Shown here one piece after another: positions 22,769-32,139 of a stretch of DNA of 47,365 bases. The notes under the pieces were generated by a model that saw nothing but the letters and a program-made list of their open reading frames with translations, was not told the origin of the DNA and made no database searches. Position 1 is the stretch's first letter. Each line of letters begins with the position of its first letter. Source of the DNA: Pseudomonas sp. (GTDB lineage Bacteria; Pseudomonadota; Gammaproteobacteria; Pseudomonadales; Pseudomonadaceae); NCBI GenBank assembly GCA_017886405.1, contig JAGGNC010000149.1, forward strand, positions 1 to 47,365, given 5' to 3'. A program made the position numbers and the translations under genes.

Positions 22769-23707
22769 TCAGCGCTTGCTGAAGACCAGCGCCTTCAAGG
22801 CGCTGTCGGGATGGCTGTCGGGAAATTCTGGCGGGTTGCTTAGGCGCTCGCTGAAATGCAGGCTGGGTGCTTCGCGGGCCATGGCGTCGATCAGGTAGTC
22901 CGGGCCGATTTCCGGCTCGTTGCTGCAGGCCAGTACCCGGCCGTCCGTGCTGAGCAGCTCGGGCAGGCGGCGCAGGACTTTCGGGTAATCCTTACTGAGT
23001 ACGAAGCTGCCGCGCTGGAAGGACGGCGGGTCGATGATGATCAGGTCATAGGGGCCGTACTTGCTCACTTTGGCCCAGGACTTGAACAGGTCATGGCCGA
23101 GGAACACCACCTGGCTTAGGTCGTGATCGTTGAGGCGATGGTTGTCGCGGCCCCGGCTGAGCGCTGGCTTGGCCATGTCGAGGTTGACCACCTGCTGAGC
23201 GCCGCCGGCCATCGCCGCCACGGAGAAACCGCAGGTGTAAGCGAATAGATTAAGCACGCGCTTTCCCGCCGCCTGCGCCTGCACCCATTGGCGGCCGTGG
23301 CGCATGTCGAGAAACAAGCCGGTGTTCTGCTTGCGGCCCAAATCAAGGCGGTAGCGCAGGCCGTGCTCGACAATATCCCAGTGCGCCACAGGCTCGCCGA
23401 GCAGCCACTGGGTCGGGCTTTCCGGCAGATAGCGCTGTTGCAGCAACAGGCTGTGGGCGCCACTGTGCTGCCACGCCATGGTTTGGCTGAGATCCAGCAG
23501 CAGGCATTGCAGTGCCTGTAACTCGTCATCACTCACCGGTTTGAACAGCGCCACCAGCAGCACGCCTTGCAGCCAGTCGACGGTGATTTGCTCCAGGCCC
23601 GGCCAGCAGCGGCCACGGCCGTGAAACAGGCGGCGGGTTTCCTGGGGCGCTGTATTCAGGGCGGCAAGTAAATGCTGGTGCAGGGTGGCGAAAGCGTCTG
23701 GAGTCAT
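22769..23707 (-). CDS. Class I SAM methyltransferase, RlmI/RlmK-like catalytic domain
   Basis: QNTGLFLDMR, VLNLFAYTCGFS, IIDPPSF; start at ATG 23707 inferred. Confidence 0.85.
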   Translation of the reverse strand: MTPDAFATLHQHLLAALNTAPQETRRLFHGRGRCWPGLEQITVDWLQGVLLVALFKPVSDDELQALQCLLLDLSQTMAWQHSGAHSLLLQQRYLPESPTQWLLGEPVAHWDIVEHGLRYRLDLGRKQNTGLFLDMRHGRQWVQAQAAGKRVLNLFAYTCGFSVAAMAGGAQQVVNLDMAKPALSRGRDNHRLNDHDLSQVVFLGHDLFKSWAKVSKYGPYDLIIIDPPSFQRGSFVLSKDYPKVLRRLPELLSTDGRVLACSNEPEIGPDYLIDAMAREAPSLHFSERLSNPPEFPDSHPDSALKALVFSKR

Positions 23708-23902
23708 GTCGTGTGGTCGGTTGCAAAAGGCGACAATTTTAACAGGCTTGCAGGTGCGGCAATCTGCGTGTCTCAATCAGCAGTCAGGCATAACCAGGGT
23801 CAGCCTGCAGCTGTTCACAGTATCAATGGGTGGATGACAAAACGACCGTTGCGGGCGACTCTGGCAGGCATACTGGCGGACACCTGTCGGCGAGTAATCC
23901 AT

Positions 23903-23910
23903 AAGAACAA
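23903..23910 (+). promoter_or_regulatory. Putative Hfq/Crc catabolite-activity motif
   Basis: AAGAACAA matches AANAANAA just upstream of the monooxygenase SD. Confidence 0.5.
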
Positions 23911-23925
23911 GCCTTTGGAGCCCCC

Positions 23926-25416
23926 ATGTCTGCCGAACATTTAGATGTGTTGATCATTGGCGCGGGCTTGTCCGGCGTCGGTGCGGCCTATCACCTGATG
24001 AAGCATTGCCCTGACAAACGCTTCGCTATCCTCGAAGGTCGGACTGCCTTGGGCGGTACCTGGGACCTGTTCCGTTATCCGGGTATTCGCTCCGATTCGG
24101 ACATGTTTACCCTTGGCTATAACTTCAAGCCCTGGACCAACCCGAGGGCGATTGCCGACGGCCCGTCGATCCGCCGTTATATCGAGCAAACCGCGCAGGA
24201 ATATGGCATCCAGGAAAAGATCCGCTTTCAGCACCGCGTACTCAAGGCTGACTGGTGCACTGAGCGCGCCACCTGGACCCTGCAGGTACAGCGGGGCGAT
24301 GAGCCTGAACCCGTCACGCTGAGCTGCCAGCACCTGCTGATGTGCACCGGCTATTACCGCTATGAGGCGGGCTACACCCCGGACTTCAAGGGCCGTGAGC
24401 AGTTTCAGGGCGAATTTATTCATCCGCAGTTGTGGCCGGCGAACTTCGATTACAGCGGCAAGCAGGTGGTGGTGATCGGCAGCGGTGCCACCGCCGTGAC
24501 GTTGGTGCCGGCGCTGACCGACAAGGCGGCACACGTGACCATGCTGCAACGCTCACCCACCTACGTGGTGAGCCTGCCCGAGGACGATCCGTTTTCTGCC
24601 TTCTTGCGTCGATTCCTGCCAGAAACCTGGGTGTATCGGCTGGCGCGTACGCGCAATGTAGCCATGCAGATGATTTTTTATTCACTCGCCAGGGCCTGGC
24701 CCAGCCTGGTGCGCAAGCTGTTGCTGGGTCTGGCCAAGCGCCAACTCGGGCCGAATTTCGACATGCGTCACTTCAGTCCGCACTACAAGCCCTGGGATGA
24801 GCGCGTGTGCGTAGTGCCCAATGGCGACCTGTTCGAGGTGCTGCGTGAGGGTAAGGCGACCATGGTCACCGAGCATATCGATGGGTTTACCGCCAAGGGT
24901 ATCCGCTTGAAGTCCGGCCGGGAGCTGCCGGCGGATGTGATCATCAGTGCCACCGGCCTTGAACTGCAATTGTTTGGCGGTATGCAGGTGGCGGTGGATG
25001 GGGTGCCTTTTGAAGTAGCCAAGAGCATGGGCTATCGCGGCATCATGCTGCGTGACCTGCCCAATACCGCCGTGGTGATGGGTTATACCAATGCCAGTTG
25101 GACACTCAAGGCGGATCTTTCCAGCGAGTACTTCTGCCGCCTGATCAAGCACATGGATGCCAACGGCATGCGCCAGTGCACGCCACGTGATTCAGCGCGC
25201 CAGGTCAAGGATGCGCCTTTCCTCGGTCTGGCCTCCGGTTATATCCAGCGTGCTGCGGGTAAGATTCCCAGCCAGGGAGACCGCGCGCCGTGGAAGCTCT
25301 ACCAGAACTACCTGCTGGACTTGGCGCTGCTGCGTTACGGCACGCTTGAGGATGACTATCTGCAGTTCAGCTCACCGCATGTCGGTGAATCCACGGCCAG
25401 CGCCGCAGCGGTCTAG
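23926..25416 (+). CDS. Flavin-containing monooxygenase, AlmA/EthA-like (type I BVMO fingerprint)
   Basis: GAGLSG, GGTWDLFRYPGIRSDSD, FQGEFIHPQLWP (FxGxxxHxxxW), GSGATA. Confidence 0.92.
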   Translation: MSAEHLDVLIIGAGLSGVGAAYHLMKHCPDKRFAILEGRTALGGTWDLFRYPGIRSDSDMFTLGYNFKPWTNPRAIADGPSIRRYIEQTAQEYGIQEKIRFQHRVLKADWCTERATWTLQVQRGDEPEPVTLSCQHLLMCTGYYRYEAGYTPDFKGREQFQGEFIHPQLWPANFDYSGKQVVVIGSGATAVTLVPALTDKAAHVTMLQRSPTYVVSLPEDDPFSAFLRRFLPETWVYRLARTRNVAMQMIFYSLARAWPSLVRKLLLGLAKRQLGPNFDMRHFSPHYKPWDERVCVVPNGDLFEVLREGKATMVTEHIDGFTAKGIRLKSGRELPADVIISATGLELQLFGGMQVAVDGVPFEVAKSMGYRGIMLRDLPNTAVVMGYTNASWTLKADLSSEYFCRLIKHMDANGMRQCTPRDSARQVKDAPFLGLASGYIQRAAGKIPSQGDRAPWKLYQNYLLDLALLRYGTLEDDYLQFSSPHVGESTASAAAV

Positions 25417-25597
25417 AGTTAAACGCAATGTAAGCTAGGCGCGATAGCATCATTGACGCGTTACGCCTACACAGGCGTGGCCATTTGCTGCTTTAACTGA
25501 GGGCATATGGCCACTGTGCTTTGTGACAGTGTTCACGGATGACAGGCTAGGTAGTCCTGGCCGCTGTCACAAAGGAGTCCTCGAGAGGAGGAGTACT

Positions 25598-25768
25598 ATG
25601 GAATCGCTGGATCAAGAACAACGCTATCTGCCAGAGTTACGGGCACATATCGTTAAGCTGCTGGCCAAGGGCTGGGTAATTGCGGAGCGCTCCCCGCTGA
25701 CTCTGCAGTCCGGGCGCAAGACCTGCATGGTTGTGCACGGCATGTTGATTGGTGATGACGCGTTCTAG
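25598..25768 (+). CDS. Small hypothetical protein (56 aa)
   Basis: Strong SD GAGGAGGAG before ATG 25598, its own downstream terminator, protein-like composition. Confidence 0.7.
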   Translation: MESLDQEQRYLPELRAHIVKLLAKGWVIAERSPLTLQSGRKTCMVVHGMLIGDDAF

Positions 25769-25788
25769 TCCTTACCCCACCGTTTCCC

Positions 25789-25829
25789 GGGCTGCTGTTG
25801 ATCATCGTTGATCGGCAGTGGCCTTTTTT
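25789..25829 (+). terminator. Intrinsic terminator after the small ORF
   Basis: GGCTGCTGTTGATCA...TGATCGGCAGTGGCC stem (with G-U pairs) followed by TTTTTT. Confidence 0.65.
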
Positions 25830-26378
25830 GTGCGCGTGTAATTTATCGGCGCGCAGTGAGCAGTGCTCTAGTTTTATCCAACAGCTGATGCTGCCTCAGC
25901 GCTGGCTGGCGGCGCTGGACCATCGAGCAAAGGCTTAGCGTCGAGGCTGCGGCCACCGGCGTGATGAACATTGGCGGTTCTATTGGCTAACGAATAGGCG
26001 CAACCAATCAAGATTTGGCCTGCCGTTCATCATTATCCAAAACGCACGCTCGGGATGCCTAGATCAAGCCAAACTGCACTCTGCCGTTTTTTACCTGCAC
26101 CGGGTGCTTACGCCTGCGAGCAGCATTCGTGAGGCACTACCCGGCGGCATGCTTGTCAGATGGCCATGCAATAAAACGGCTTTGCGTTTTAGCTGCGAAC
26201 CTCTGCAGCAGTCAGCTAACTGGCGATCCATGTCATTATCGTCAGCAAGCGGCTTACTGCCCGAACATACCCTAGCGACCTGTGTGGCCAGTTCAAGTAG
26301 TCAATTTCGGCGCCTCAGCCATCCGAACCTGAGTTAACCCACTAGCCGTGCAGGCCACTCGCAACAAGAGGAGGCCCC

Positions 26379-27542
26379 ATGCTGCCCTTTAGCTTTGCCA
26401 CCACCGCGCAGATTATCTGCGAGATCGGCGCGTCCCAGCGTCTGGCTGAACTGTGCCGTGAGCGCGGCGCGCAGCGGGTGCTGATCGTCACCGACCCGGG
26501 CATCAGCACGCTCGGCCTACTGGGTGACGTGTTGCCGGGGTTTACCCGTGCGGACGTGACTGTCGAGGTGTTCGATCAAGTGGTGGCCGACCCGCCCGAA
26601 GCTATTCTGCTGGCGGCGGTGGCGCAGGCCAAGGCGCTTAAGGCGCAGCTGATCATTGGCTTTGGTGGCGGCAGCTCGATGGATGTGGCCAAGCTGGTAG
26701 CGCTGCTGGCGCATCCCGACTGCTCTCAGGCGCTGGCGGAAATCTATGGCGTCGGTAATGCCCGTGGTCAGCGCCTGCCGCTGATTCTGGTGCCAACCAC
26801 AGCGGGCACCGGTTCAGAAGTCACGCAGATATCCATTATCACCACCGGTGAAACCAGCAAAATGGGCGTGGTCTCGCCGCTGCTGCTGCCAGACCTGGCG
26901 CTACTGGACGCCGAGCTGACCCTCGGTCTGCCGCCGGCGGTGACAGCGGCCACCGGTATCGACGCCATGGTGCATGCCATCGAGGCGTACACCAGTGTGT
27001 TGAAAAAGAACCCGCTTTCCGACCTGCTGGCCCGCGAAGCGCTGCGCCTGCTGGCCGCCAATCTGGATGAGGCGGTGCACAACGGCGGCAACCGCCAGGC
27101 GCGCCAGGCCATGTTGCTCGGCTCCTGCCTGGCGGGGCAGGCATTTGCTAACGCGCCGGTGGCGGCGGTGCATGCACTGGCCTATCCACTGGGTGGGCAC
27201 TGCCATATTCCCCATGGCCTGAGTAACGCGCTGGTGCTGCCGCATGTATTGGGCTTCAACGCCAACGTGGCGGCGCCGCTGTATGCCGAACTGGCGCCGC
27301 TGGTGCTGGGCCAGCAGCTGCGCACCGGCAGCGCGATGCAGCAGAGCGAGCAGTTTATCGGCGCGTTGGCTGATTTCAGCGAGCGCAGCGGCCTGCCGAT
27401 GAGCTTGCGTGATGCCGGTGTGCCCCTAGACATGCTGCCGACCCTGGCCCGCGACGCCATGCTGCAGCAACGCCTGTTAGTGAATAATCCGCGGGAAATG
27501 ACCGAAGCCCATGCCCTGGCCATCTACCAGGTGGCCTATTAA
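26379..27542 (+). CDS. Iron-containing alcohol dehydrogenase
   Basis: GFGGGSSMDVAK, PTTAGTGSE, DAMVHAIE, HALAY, HGLSNA. Confidence 0.93.
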   Translation: MLPFSFATTAQIICEIGASQRLAELCRERGAQRVLIVTDPGISTLGLLGDVLPGFTRADVTVEVFDQVVADPPEAILLAAVAQAKALKAQLIIGFGGGSSMDVAKLVALLAHPDCSQALAEIYGVGNARGQRLPLILVPTTAGTGSEVTQISIITTGETSKMGVVSPLLLPDLALLDAELTLGLPPAVTAATGIDAMVHAIEAYTSVLKKNPLSDLLAREALRLLAANLDEAVHNGGNRQARQAMLLGSCLAGQAFANAPVAAVHALAYPLGGHCHIPHGLSNALVLPHVLGFNANVAAPLYAELAPLVLGQQLRTGSAMQQSEQFIGALADFSERSGLPMSLRDAGVPLDMLPTLARDAMLQQRLLVNNPREMTEAHALAIYQVAY

Positions 27543-27575
27543 GACCGTTGCGTGCCTGTAAGCATGCTCAACGTT

Positions 27576-27639
27576 TAGCAGCGGCCTGGCCGCGATTAGC
27601 GATCAACGCGACGCTTAAATTCGCGGGCAAGCTCGCTCC
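27576..27639. repeat. Degenerate REP doublet (GGAGCG..GCCGCGA type)
   Basis: TAGCAGCGGCCTGGCCGCGAT...TTCGCGGGCAAGCTCGCTCC inverted arms. Confidence 0.5.
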
Positions 27640-27687
27640 AAAAAAGCCGGGATGCTTCGATGCTCCCGCCAATCTCAAGGATGCCCA

Positions 27688-28143
27688 ATGAAACAGCCCC
27701 AACACCGGCGTGATGACTACCGACACTTCCAGCCGATCACCACGCGCTGGCATGACAACGATGTCTACGGTCATGTGAACAACGTGACTTACTACAGCTT
27801 TTTCGACAGTGCAGTGAACCGCTACCTGATCGAAGTCGGCGGCCTGGATATCCAGGCCGGCAGCGTGGTGGGGTTTGTGGTCAGCTCCAGCTGCGACTTC
27901 TTCGCCTCCATTGCCTTCCCTGAGCCTATCGAAATCGGTCTGCGCGTCGGTAAGCTGGGCAACAGCTCCGTGCAGTACGAGTTGGCGGTGTTCAAGGCGG
28001 GTGAGGAACAAGCCTGTGCCGCGGGACGCTTCGTGCATGTATTCGTCGACCGCAGCAGCAACCTGCCCGTCAGCATTCCCGAAAACCTGCGGGCGTCGAT
28101 GACGGTGCTGCTGATGGAGCCGACTGCGCCGGAGGCGCTCTAG
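27688..28143 (+). CDS. Acyl-CoA thioesterase (4HBT/YbgC hot-dog fold)
   Basis: [17 protein letters not shown] motif; ATG at 27688. Confidence 0.9.
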   Translation: MKQPQHRRDDYRHFQPITTRWHDNDVYGHVNNVTYYSFFDSAVNRYLIEVGGLDIQAGSVVGFVVSSSCDFFASIAFPEPIEIGLRVGKLGNSSVQYELAVFKAGEEQACAAGRFVHVFVDRSSNLPVSIPENLRASMTVLLMEPTAPEAL

Positions 28144-28163
28144 AGGCGAGAGTTCACGCTGCT

Positions 28164-28185
28164 GTCGCGGCTAAAGTCCCTCCCA
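28164..28185. repeat. Single REP-like copy
   Basis: GTCGCGGCTAAAGTCCCTCCCA, similar to 15632-15654. Confidence 0.5.
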
Positions 28186-28208
28186 TGAATGCGTTAGTCA
28201 GCGAACAA

Positions 28209-28236
28209 CAAAAAGCCGCGGTTAAGCGGCTTTTTT
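28209..28236. terminator. Bidirectional intrinsic terminator between convergent genes
   Basis: AAAAAGCCGC-GGTTAA-GCGGCTTTTTT. Confidence 0.8.
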
Positions 28237-28253
28237 GCATCTGCAGTGAGCAC

Positions 28254-28679
28254 TCAATGGTGTTTATGCTTCTTGTGTTTTTTGTGTTTCTTATCGTGGT
28301 AGTGGCCATCATCACGCCCGCCGCCACCGGCGTATTCATTGGCTAATGCGCCACCGGCTGCACCACCGAGGCCGGCCCCGATGGTCGAGCCGGTGCTACC
28401 CCCTAACTTGCCACCTATTATCGAGCCACCGGCGGCACCCAGGCCACCCCCTAGGGCGGCTTCGGTCTTATTGCCATCGCGTGCGGTAATCACCCCGCCA
28501 GCAGCGCCACCCAGACCCGCACCAATGGCGGCCCCGGTGCTACCGCCAACTTGTTGACCGATCACATTGCCTAGGGCACCACCAACACCGCTTCCAATGG
28601 CGACCTTGGCGGTGTCGCTAGCGAAGGCGAGGGGGGAGGCCAAAACACTGAACAACAGCGCAGAACATACTGTACGCAT
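28254..28679 (-). CDS. Secreted/envelope glycine-zipper protein with K/H-rich tail
   Basis: Signal peptide (AFA-S), repeated GAGLGGAAGG, tail HYHDKKHKKHKKHKHH. Confidence 0.85.
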   Translation of the reverse strand: MRTVCSALLFSVLASPLAFASDTAKVAIGSGVGGALGNVIGQQVGGSTGAAIGAGLGGAAGGVITARDGNKTEAALGGGLGAAGGSIIGGKLGGSTGSTIGAGLGGAAGGALANEYAGGGGRDDGHYHDKKHKKHKKHKHH

Positions 28680-28859
28680 ACGGCAGACCTTCTTCGATAA
28701 ATGGGCAGGCTAAGCGCGGCAATCATGCCTTTTATATGCGGGCCATGCAGCCGCATCTCGGGGCTTTTTTATAAAGCCCGAGATGCAGTCTTAGACGCCA
28801 GAATAGGGAAAGATTCCCTGGCGCTGCTCGCCTGTGTGAACAGCGCCACAGAACAACCG

Positions 28860-31181
28860 TTAAAGGATGCGCGCGGTGGCTTGGCTGGCCTGTAGGCGAA
28901 TGGCCACGTACTTCGACGTCGGGGTGAAACTGCCCTTGCCGAAGCTGGTCAGGGGCACCAGCGGATTGGCTTCTGGGTAGTAGGCGGCCGCCTGGCCGGC
29001 AGGAATATCAAAGGCCAGCAGAGTAAAACCGTTGATCTTACGTTCGATGCCGTCATCCCAGAGCGAATGAATATCAACCTTCTGCCCCGGCTGAAAACCT
29101 AGGCGCAGAATGTCGGCTTCGTTAGCGAACAGCACCTGACGCTGGCCTTTGACGCCGCGGTAACGATCATCCAGGCCATAGATGGTGGTGTTGTACTGGT
29201 CGTGAGAGCGCAGGGTTTGCAGAATCAGATCCGGCGTTTGTCCGCTGTTGCGCACCTGGGGTGGCAGCAGGTCTAAGGGAAGTGGGTTGGCCTTGAAGTT
29301 GGCCTTTTTGCTAGGGGTGAGCCAGCGCCGTTCGGCCACTGCATTTCCCAAGTAGAAGCCGCCGGGGTGTTGCAGGCGCTGGTTGAAGTCAGTGAAGCCA
29401 GGAATGGTGTCGGCAATCAGCATGCGGATGCGGCTGTAGTCGGCAATCAGCGCGTCCCAATCCACGGGACGATCACCCAAGGTGGCCTTGGCGATGCCAG
29501 CCACGATCGCCGGCTCCGAGCGCATCTGCTTGGATAGCGGTTCGAGTTGGCCGTAGGAGGCGTGGATCATGCTGAACGAGTCTTCCACGGTCACCGCTTG
29601 CGCCCCAGCCGCTTGATGGTCGATGTCGGTGCGACCAAGGCACGGCAAGATCAGCGCATCCGTGCCGGTAGTCAGGTGGCTGCGGTTGAGCTTGGTGCTA
29701 ATTTGCACAGTCAGCGCGCAACGGCTCAGCGCGGTATGGCTGCGTGGGCTGTCCGGGGTGGCTTGGGCAAAGTTGCCGCCCAAGCCGATAAACACTTTGG
29801 ACTGGCCGTCGAGCATGGCATTGATCGCCTCGACGGTGTTGTGGCCTTGCTTGCGCGGTACCTGAAACTTAAAGCGCTGCTCAATGGCATCGAGAAAGGC
29901 CGTGGTTGGCCGCTCATTGATGCCCATGGTGCGATCGCCCTGCACGTTGCTGTGGCCGCGTACCGGGCACAAGCCGGCACCGGGCCGTCCAAGATTGCCG
30001 CGGAGTAACTGTAGGTTGACGATTTCCTGAATGGTCGCCACCGAGTTGTGGTGTTGGGTGATGCCCATGGCCCAGCAGATGATCACCCGCTCGGCGCGGC
30101 GGTAGAGTAGGGCGGCGTGCTGCAAATCATCCAGACACAGGCCCGATTGCTCCACCAGGGAGTCCCAGCTGCTGGCATCGAGCAACGCCAGGTAGTCGTC
30201 CAAGCCGTCAGTGTGCTCGGCAATAAATGTCAGGTCGAATACCGCCGGCTCGCCCTGCGCCAGCGCCTCGCGGTGCCATTGCAGGAGAAATTTGGCCATG
30301 CCACGCAGTGCTGCTAGGTCGCCGCCCAAGGCTGGGCGGAAGAACGCGGTGTTAATTGGCTCGGAGCCATTGGTGAGCATTTCTAGTGCATGTTGCGGGT
30401 GCTGGAAACGTTCCAGGCCGCGCTCTTTCAGCGGGTTAAAACACACCACCTGAGCGCCGCGCTGCACCGCCTCGCGCAGCGGTTCGAGCATGCGTGGGTG
30501 GTTGGTACCGGGGTTCTGCCCGAGCACGAAAATCGCATCGCTGTGTTCAAAGTCGGCGAAGGTTACGCTGCCCTTGCCCACGCCCACACTTTGGCCTAGG
30601 GCTACGCCGCTGGCTTCGTGGCACATGTTCGAGCAATCGGGGAAGTTGTTGCTGCCAAAGGCGCGCACGAACAGCTGATAGAGATACGCCGCCTCGTTGC
30701 TGGCGCGGCCCGAGGTATAGAACTCCGCCTGATCGGGGCTCTCCAGGCTGTTGAGGTGCTGGGCAATCAGCTTGAAGGCATCGTCCCAGCTGACCGGCAC
30801 GTAGTGATCGCTGGCCGCGTCATAGCGCATCGGCTGGGTCAGGCGGCCTTGGTATTCGAGCCAGTAATCACTCTGCTCGCGCAGCTGGCTGACGCTGTAG
30901 CGGGCGAAGAAGGCCGCATCCACACGACGCTTGGTGGCCTCCCAGTTAACTGCCTTGGCGCCGTTCTCACAGAACTTGATGTGGCCGTCTTCCGGCGAAT
31001 CGCCCCAGGCGCAGCCCGGGCAATCGAAACCGCCATGCTGGTTGGTCTTGAGCAGCGCACGGAGGTTTTTGAACGGCTGTTTACTGTCCAGCCAGGAGTG
31101 CGTGACGCTGCGCAGCGCGCCCCAGCCGGCAGCTGCACCCGAGTAAGGTTTATAACGTGGCTTGATTTCTTGCAGGCTCAT
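28860..31181 (-). CDS. FdhF/YdeP-family molybdopterin oxidoreductase
   Basis: GFDCPGCAW, FCENGAKA, PDCSNMCHE, VRGHSNVQG, LRSHDQYNTTIYG; ATG at 31181. Confidence 0.93.
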   Translation of the reverse strand: MSLQEIKPRYKPYSGAAAGWGALRSVTHSWLDSKQPFKNLRALLKTNQHGGFDCPGCAWGDSPEDGHIKFCENGAKAVNWEATKRRVDAAFFARYSVSQLREQSDYWLEYQGRLTQPMRYDAASDHYVPVSWDDAFKLIAQHLNSLESPDQAEFYTSGRASNEAAYLYQLFVRAFGSNNFPDCSNMCHEASGVALGQSVGVGKGSVTFADFEHSDAIFVLGQNPGTNHPRMLEPLREAVQRGAQVVCFNPLKERGLERFQHPQHALEMLTNGSEPINTAFFRPALGGDLAALRGMAKFLLQWHREALAQGEPAVFDLTFIAEHTDGLDDYLALLDASSWDSLVEQSGLCLDDLQHAALLYRRAERVIICWAMGITQHHNSVATIQEIVNLQLLRGNLGRPGAGLCPVRGHSNVQGDRTMGINERPTTAFLDAIEQRFKFQVPRKQGHNTVEAINAMLDGQSKVFIGLGGNFAQATPDSPRSHTALSRCALTVQISTKLNRSHLTTGTDALILPCLGRTDIDHQAAGAQAVTVEDSFSMIHASYGQLEPLSKQMRSEPAIVAGIAKATLGDRPVDWDALIADYSRIRMLIADTIPGFTDFNQRLQHPGGFYLGNAVAERRWLTPSKKANFKANPLPLDLLPPQVRNSGQTPDLILQTLRSHDQYNTTIYGLDDRYRGVKGQRQVLFANEADILRLGFQPGQKVDIHSLWDDGIERKINGFTLLAFDIPAGQAAAYYPEANPLVPLTSFGKGSFTPTSKYVAIRLQASQATARIL

Positions 31182-31183
31182 GG

Positions 31184-32026
31184 TTACTTCGCTCCGGGCG
31201 CGGCTGGGCTGTAAACCCGCGGTGCGCTCTGCTGGGGAATATGGATCAGGTTGAGGTTGTGCCGGCGGGCCCATTGCACGCTCAGGCTGGTCGGCGCGGA
31301 CAGGCTGACCAGGGTGCCAATTTCTGCGCGCAGGGCTTTATGGATCAGCTCTAGGCTGCAGCGGCTGGTGACGAGGGCAAAGCCCTGGCGCCGCTCACTG
31401 CCCTCGCGCTGCAGGGCGCCAAGCAGTTTGTCGAGGGCGTTATGCCGGCCGATGTCTTCGCGGCATAGGCGGATCTCGCCCTGGCTGTCGACAAACAGCG
31501 CGGCATGCACCGCGCCGCTGTGACGAGCCAGGGTTTGAACGCTTTGAATGCGTTGGCGCAGCCCCTGCAAATGAGCGGCTTTAGGCAGTGGGCTGGGCGG
31601 CAGGCTGCGCAGTTGCGGCAGCGCTTGCTCCAAGGCTTCCACCCCACACAGGCCGCAACCGCTGTTGCCGGCCAAGGTACGGCGCTGCTGTTTGAGTGAC
31701 CAGAACGCCCGATTGCTCACATGCACCTCCGCATTGATGGCGTTGTCATGCTGTTGGAGGCTGATGTCATAAATGTCATCGAGCGAATCGATCAGGCCGG
31801 CGCTGAGGCTGAAGCCGTAAATAAAGTCTTCCAGGTCGCTGGGCGAGACCATCATCACGCTGTGGCTAAGGCCGTTATAACTGATGGCCAGGGCGGTTTC
31901 TTCGGCCAGCGCGGCGGCGCCGATTTGCTGCTCGCTCGCCAGTTCGACGTAGCTATAGCTCGGTGCAGGCACCAGTATAGGCGCTTGAGCATTGGCACTG
32001 AACGGGGCATGGCGTGGCATGGGCAT
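31184..32026 (-). CDS. fdhD: Formate dehydrogenase accessory sulfurtransferase
   Basis: SGCGLCG, GAVHAA, EDIGRHNALDK, TSRCS. Confidence 0.93.
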   Translation of the reverse strand: MPMPRHAPFSANAQAPILVPAPSYSYVELASEQQIGAAALAEETALAISYNGLSHSVMMVSPSDLEDFIYGFSLSAGLIDSLDDIYDISLQQHDNAINAEVHVSNRAFWSLKQQRRTLAGNSGCGLCGVEALEQALPQLRSLPPSPLPKAAHLQGLRQRIQSVQTLARHSGAVHAALFVDSQGEIRLCREDIGRHNALDKLLGALQREGSERRQGFALVTSRCSLELIHKALRAEIGTLVSLSAPTSLSVQWARRHNLNLIHIPQQSAPRVYSPAAPGAK

Positions 32027-32101
32027 AATTTCCCGGTGACGAAGGTACCCCCCACCCTAGGCCGCTATGTGGGGGGTGTCTAATTGCTGTTGCCGATGTA
32101 A

Positions 32102-32120
32102 TGATAGATGCGCTCTATCA
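32102..32120. promoter_or_regulatory. LysR-type recognition site upstream of fdhD
   Basis: TGATAG-N7-CTATCA interrupted palindrome containing T-N11-A. Confidence 0.6.
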
Positions 32121-32139
32121 AGGCCCTGGAACCGGTCTC

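Noticed and set aside
25428-25445. TGTAAG as a possible GacA box upstream of the small ORF
   Set aside because: The second half-site CTTACA is missing at the required spacing.
25843-25971. 42-codon minus-strand ORF (MFITPVAAAS...)
   Set aside because: No SD and no recognisable motif; its length is compatible with chance.
31182-31274. Upstream start extensions in the ORF track (ydeP-like 31274, ABC ATPase 41622, hslO 12898, hslR 11609, cupin 22276, RecQ-like 16231)
   Set aside because: Downstream ATGs have better SD sequences or match family N-termini. The extensions overlap neighbouring genes or promoters.
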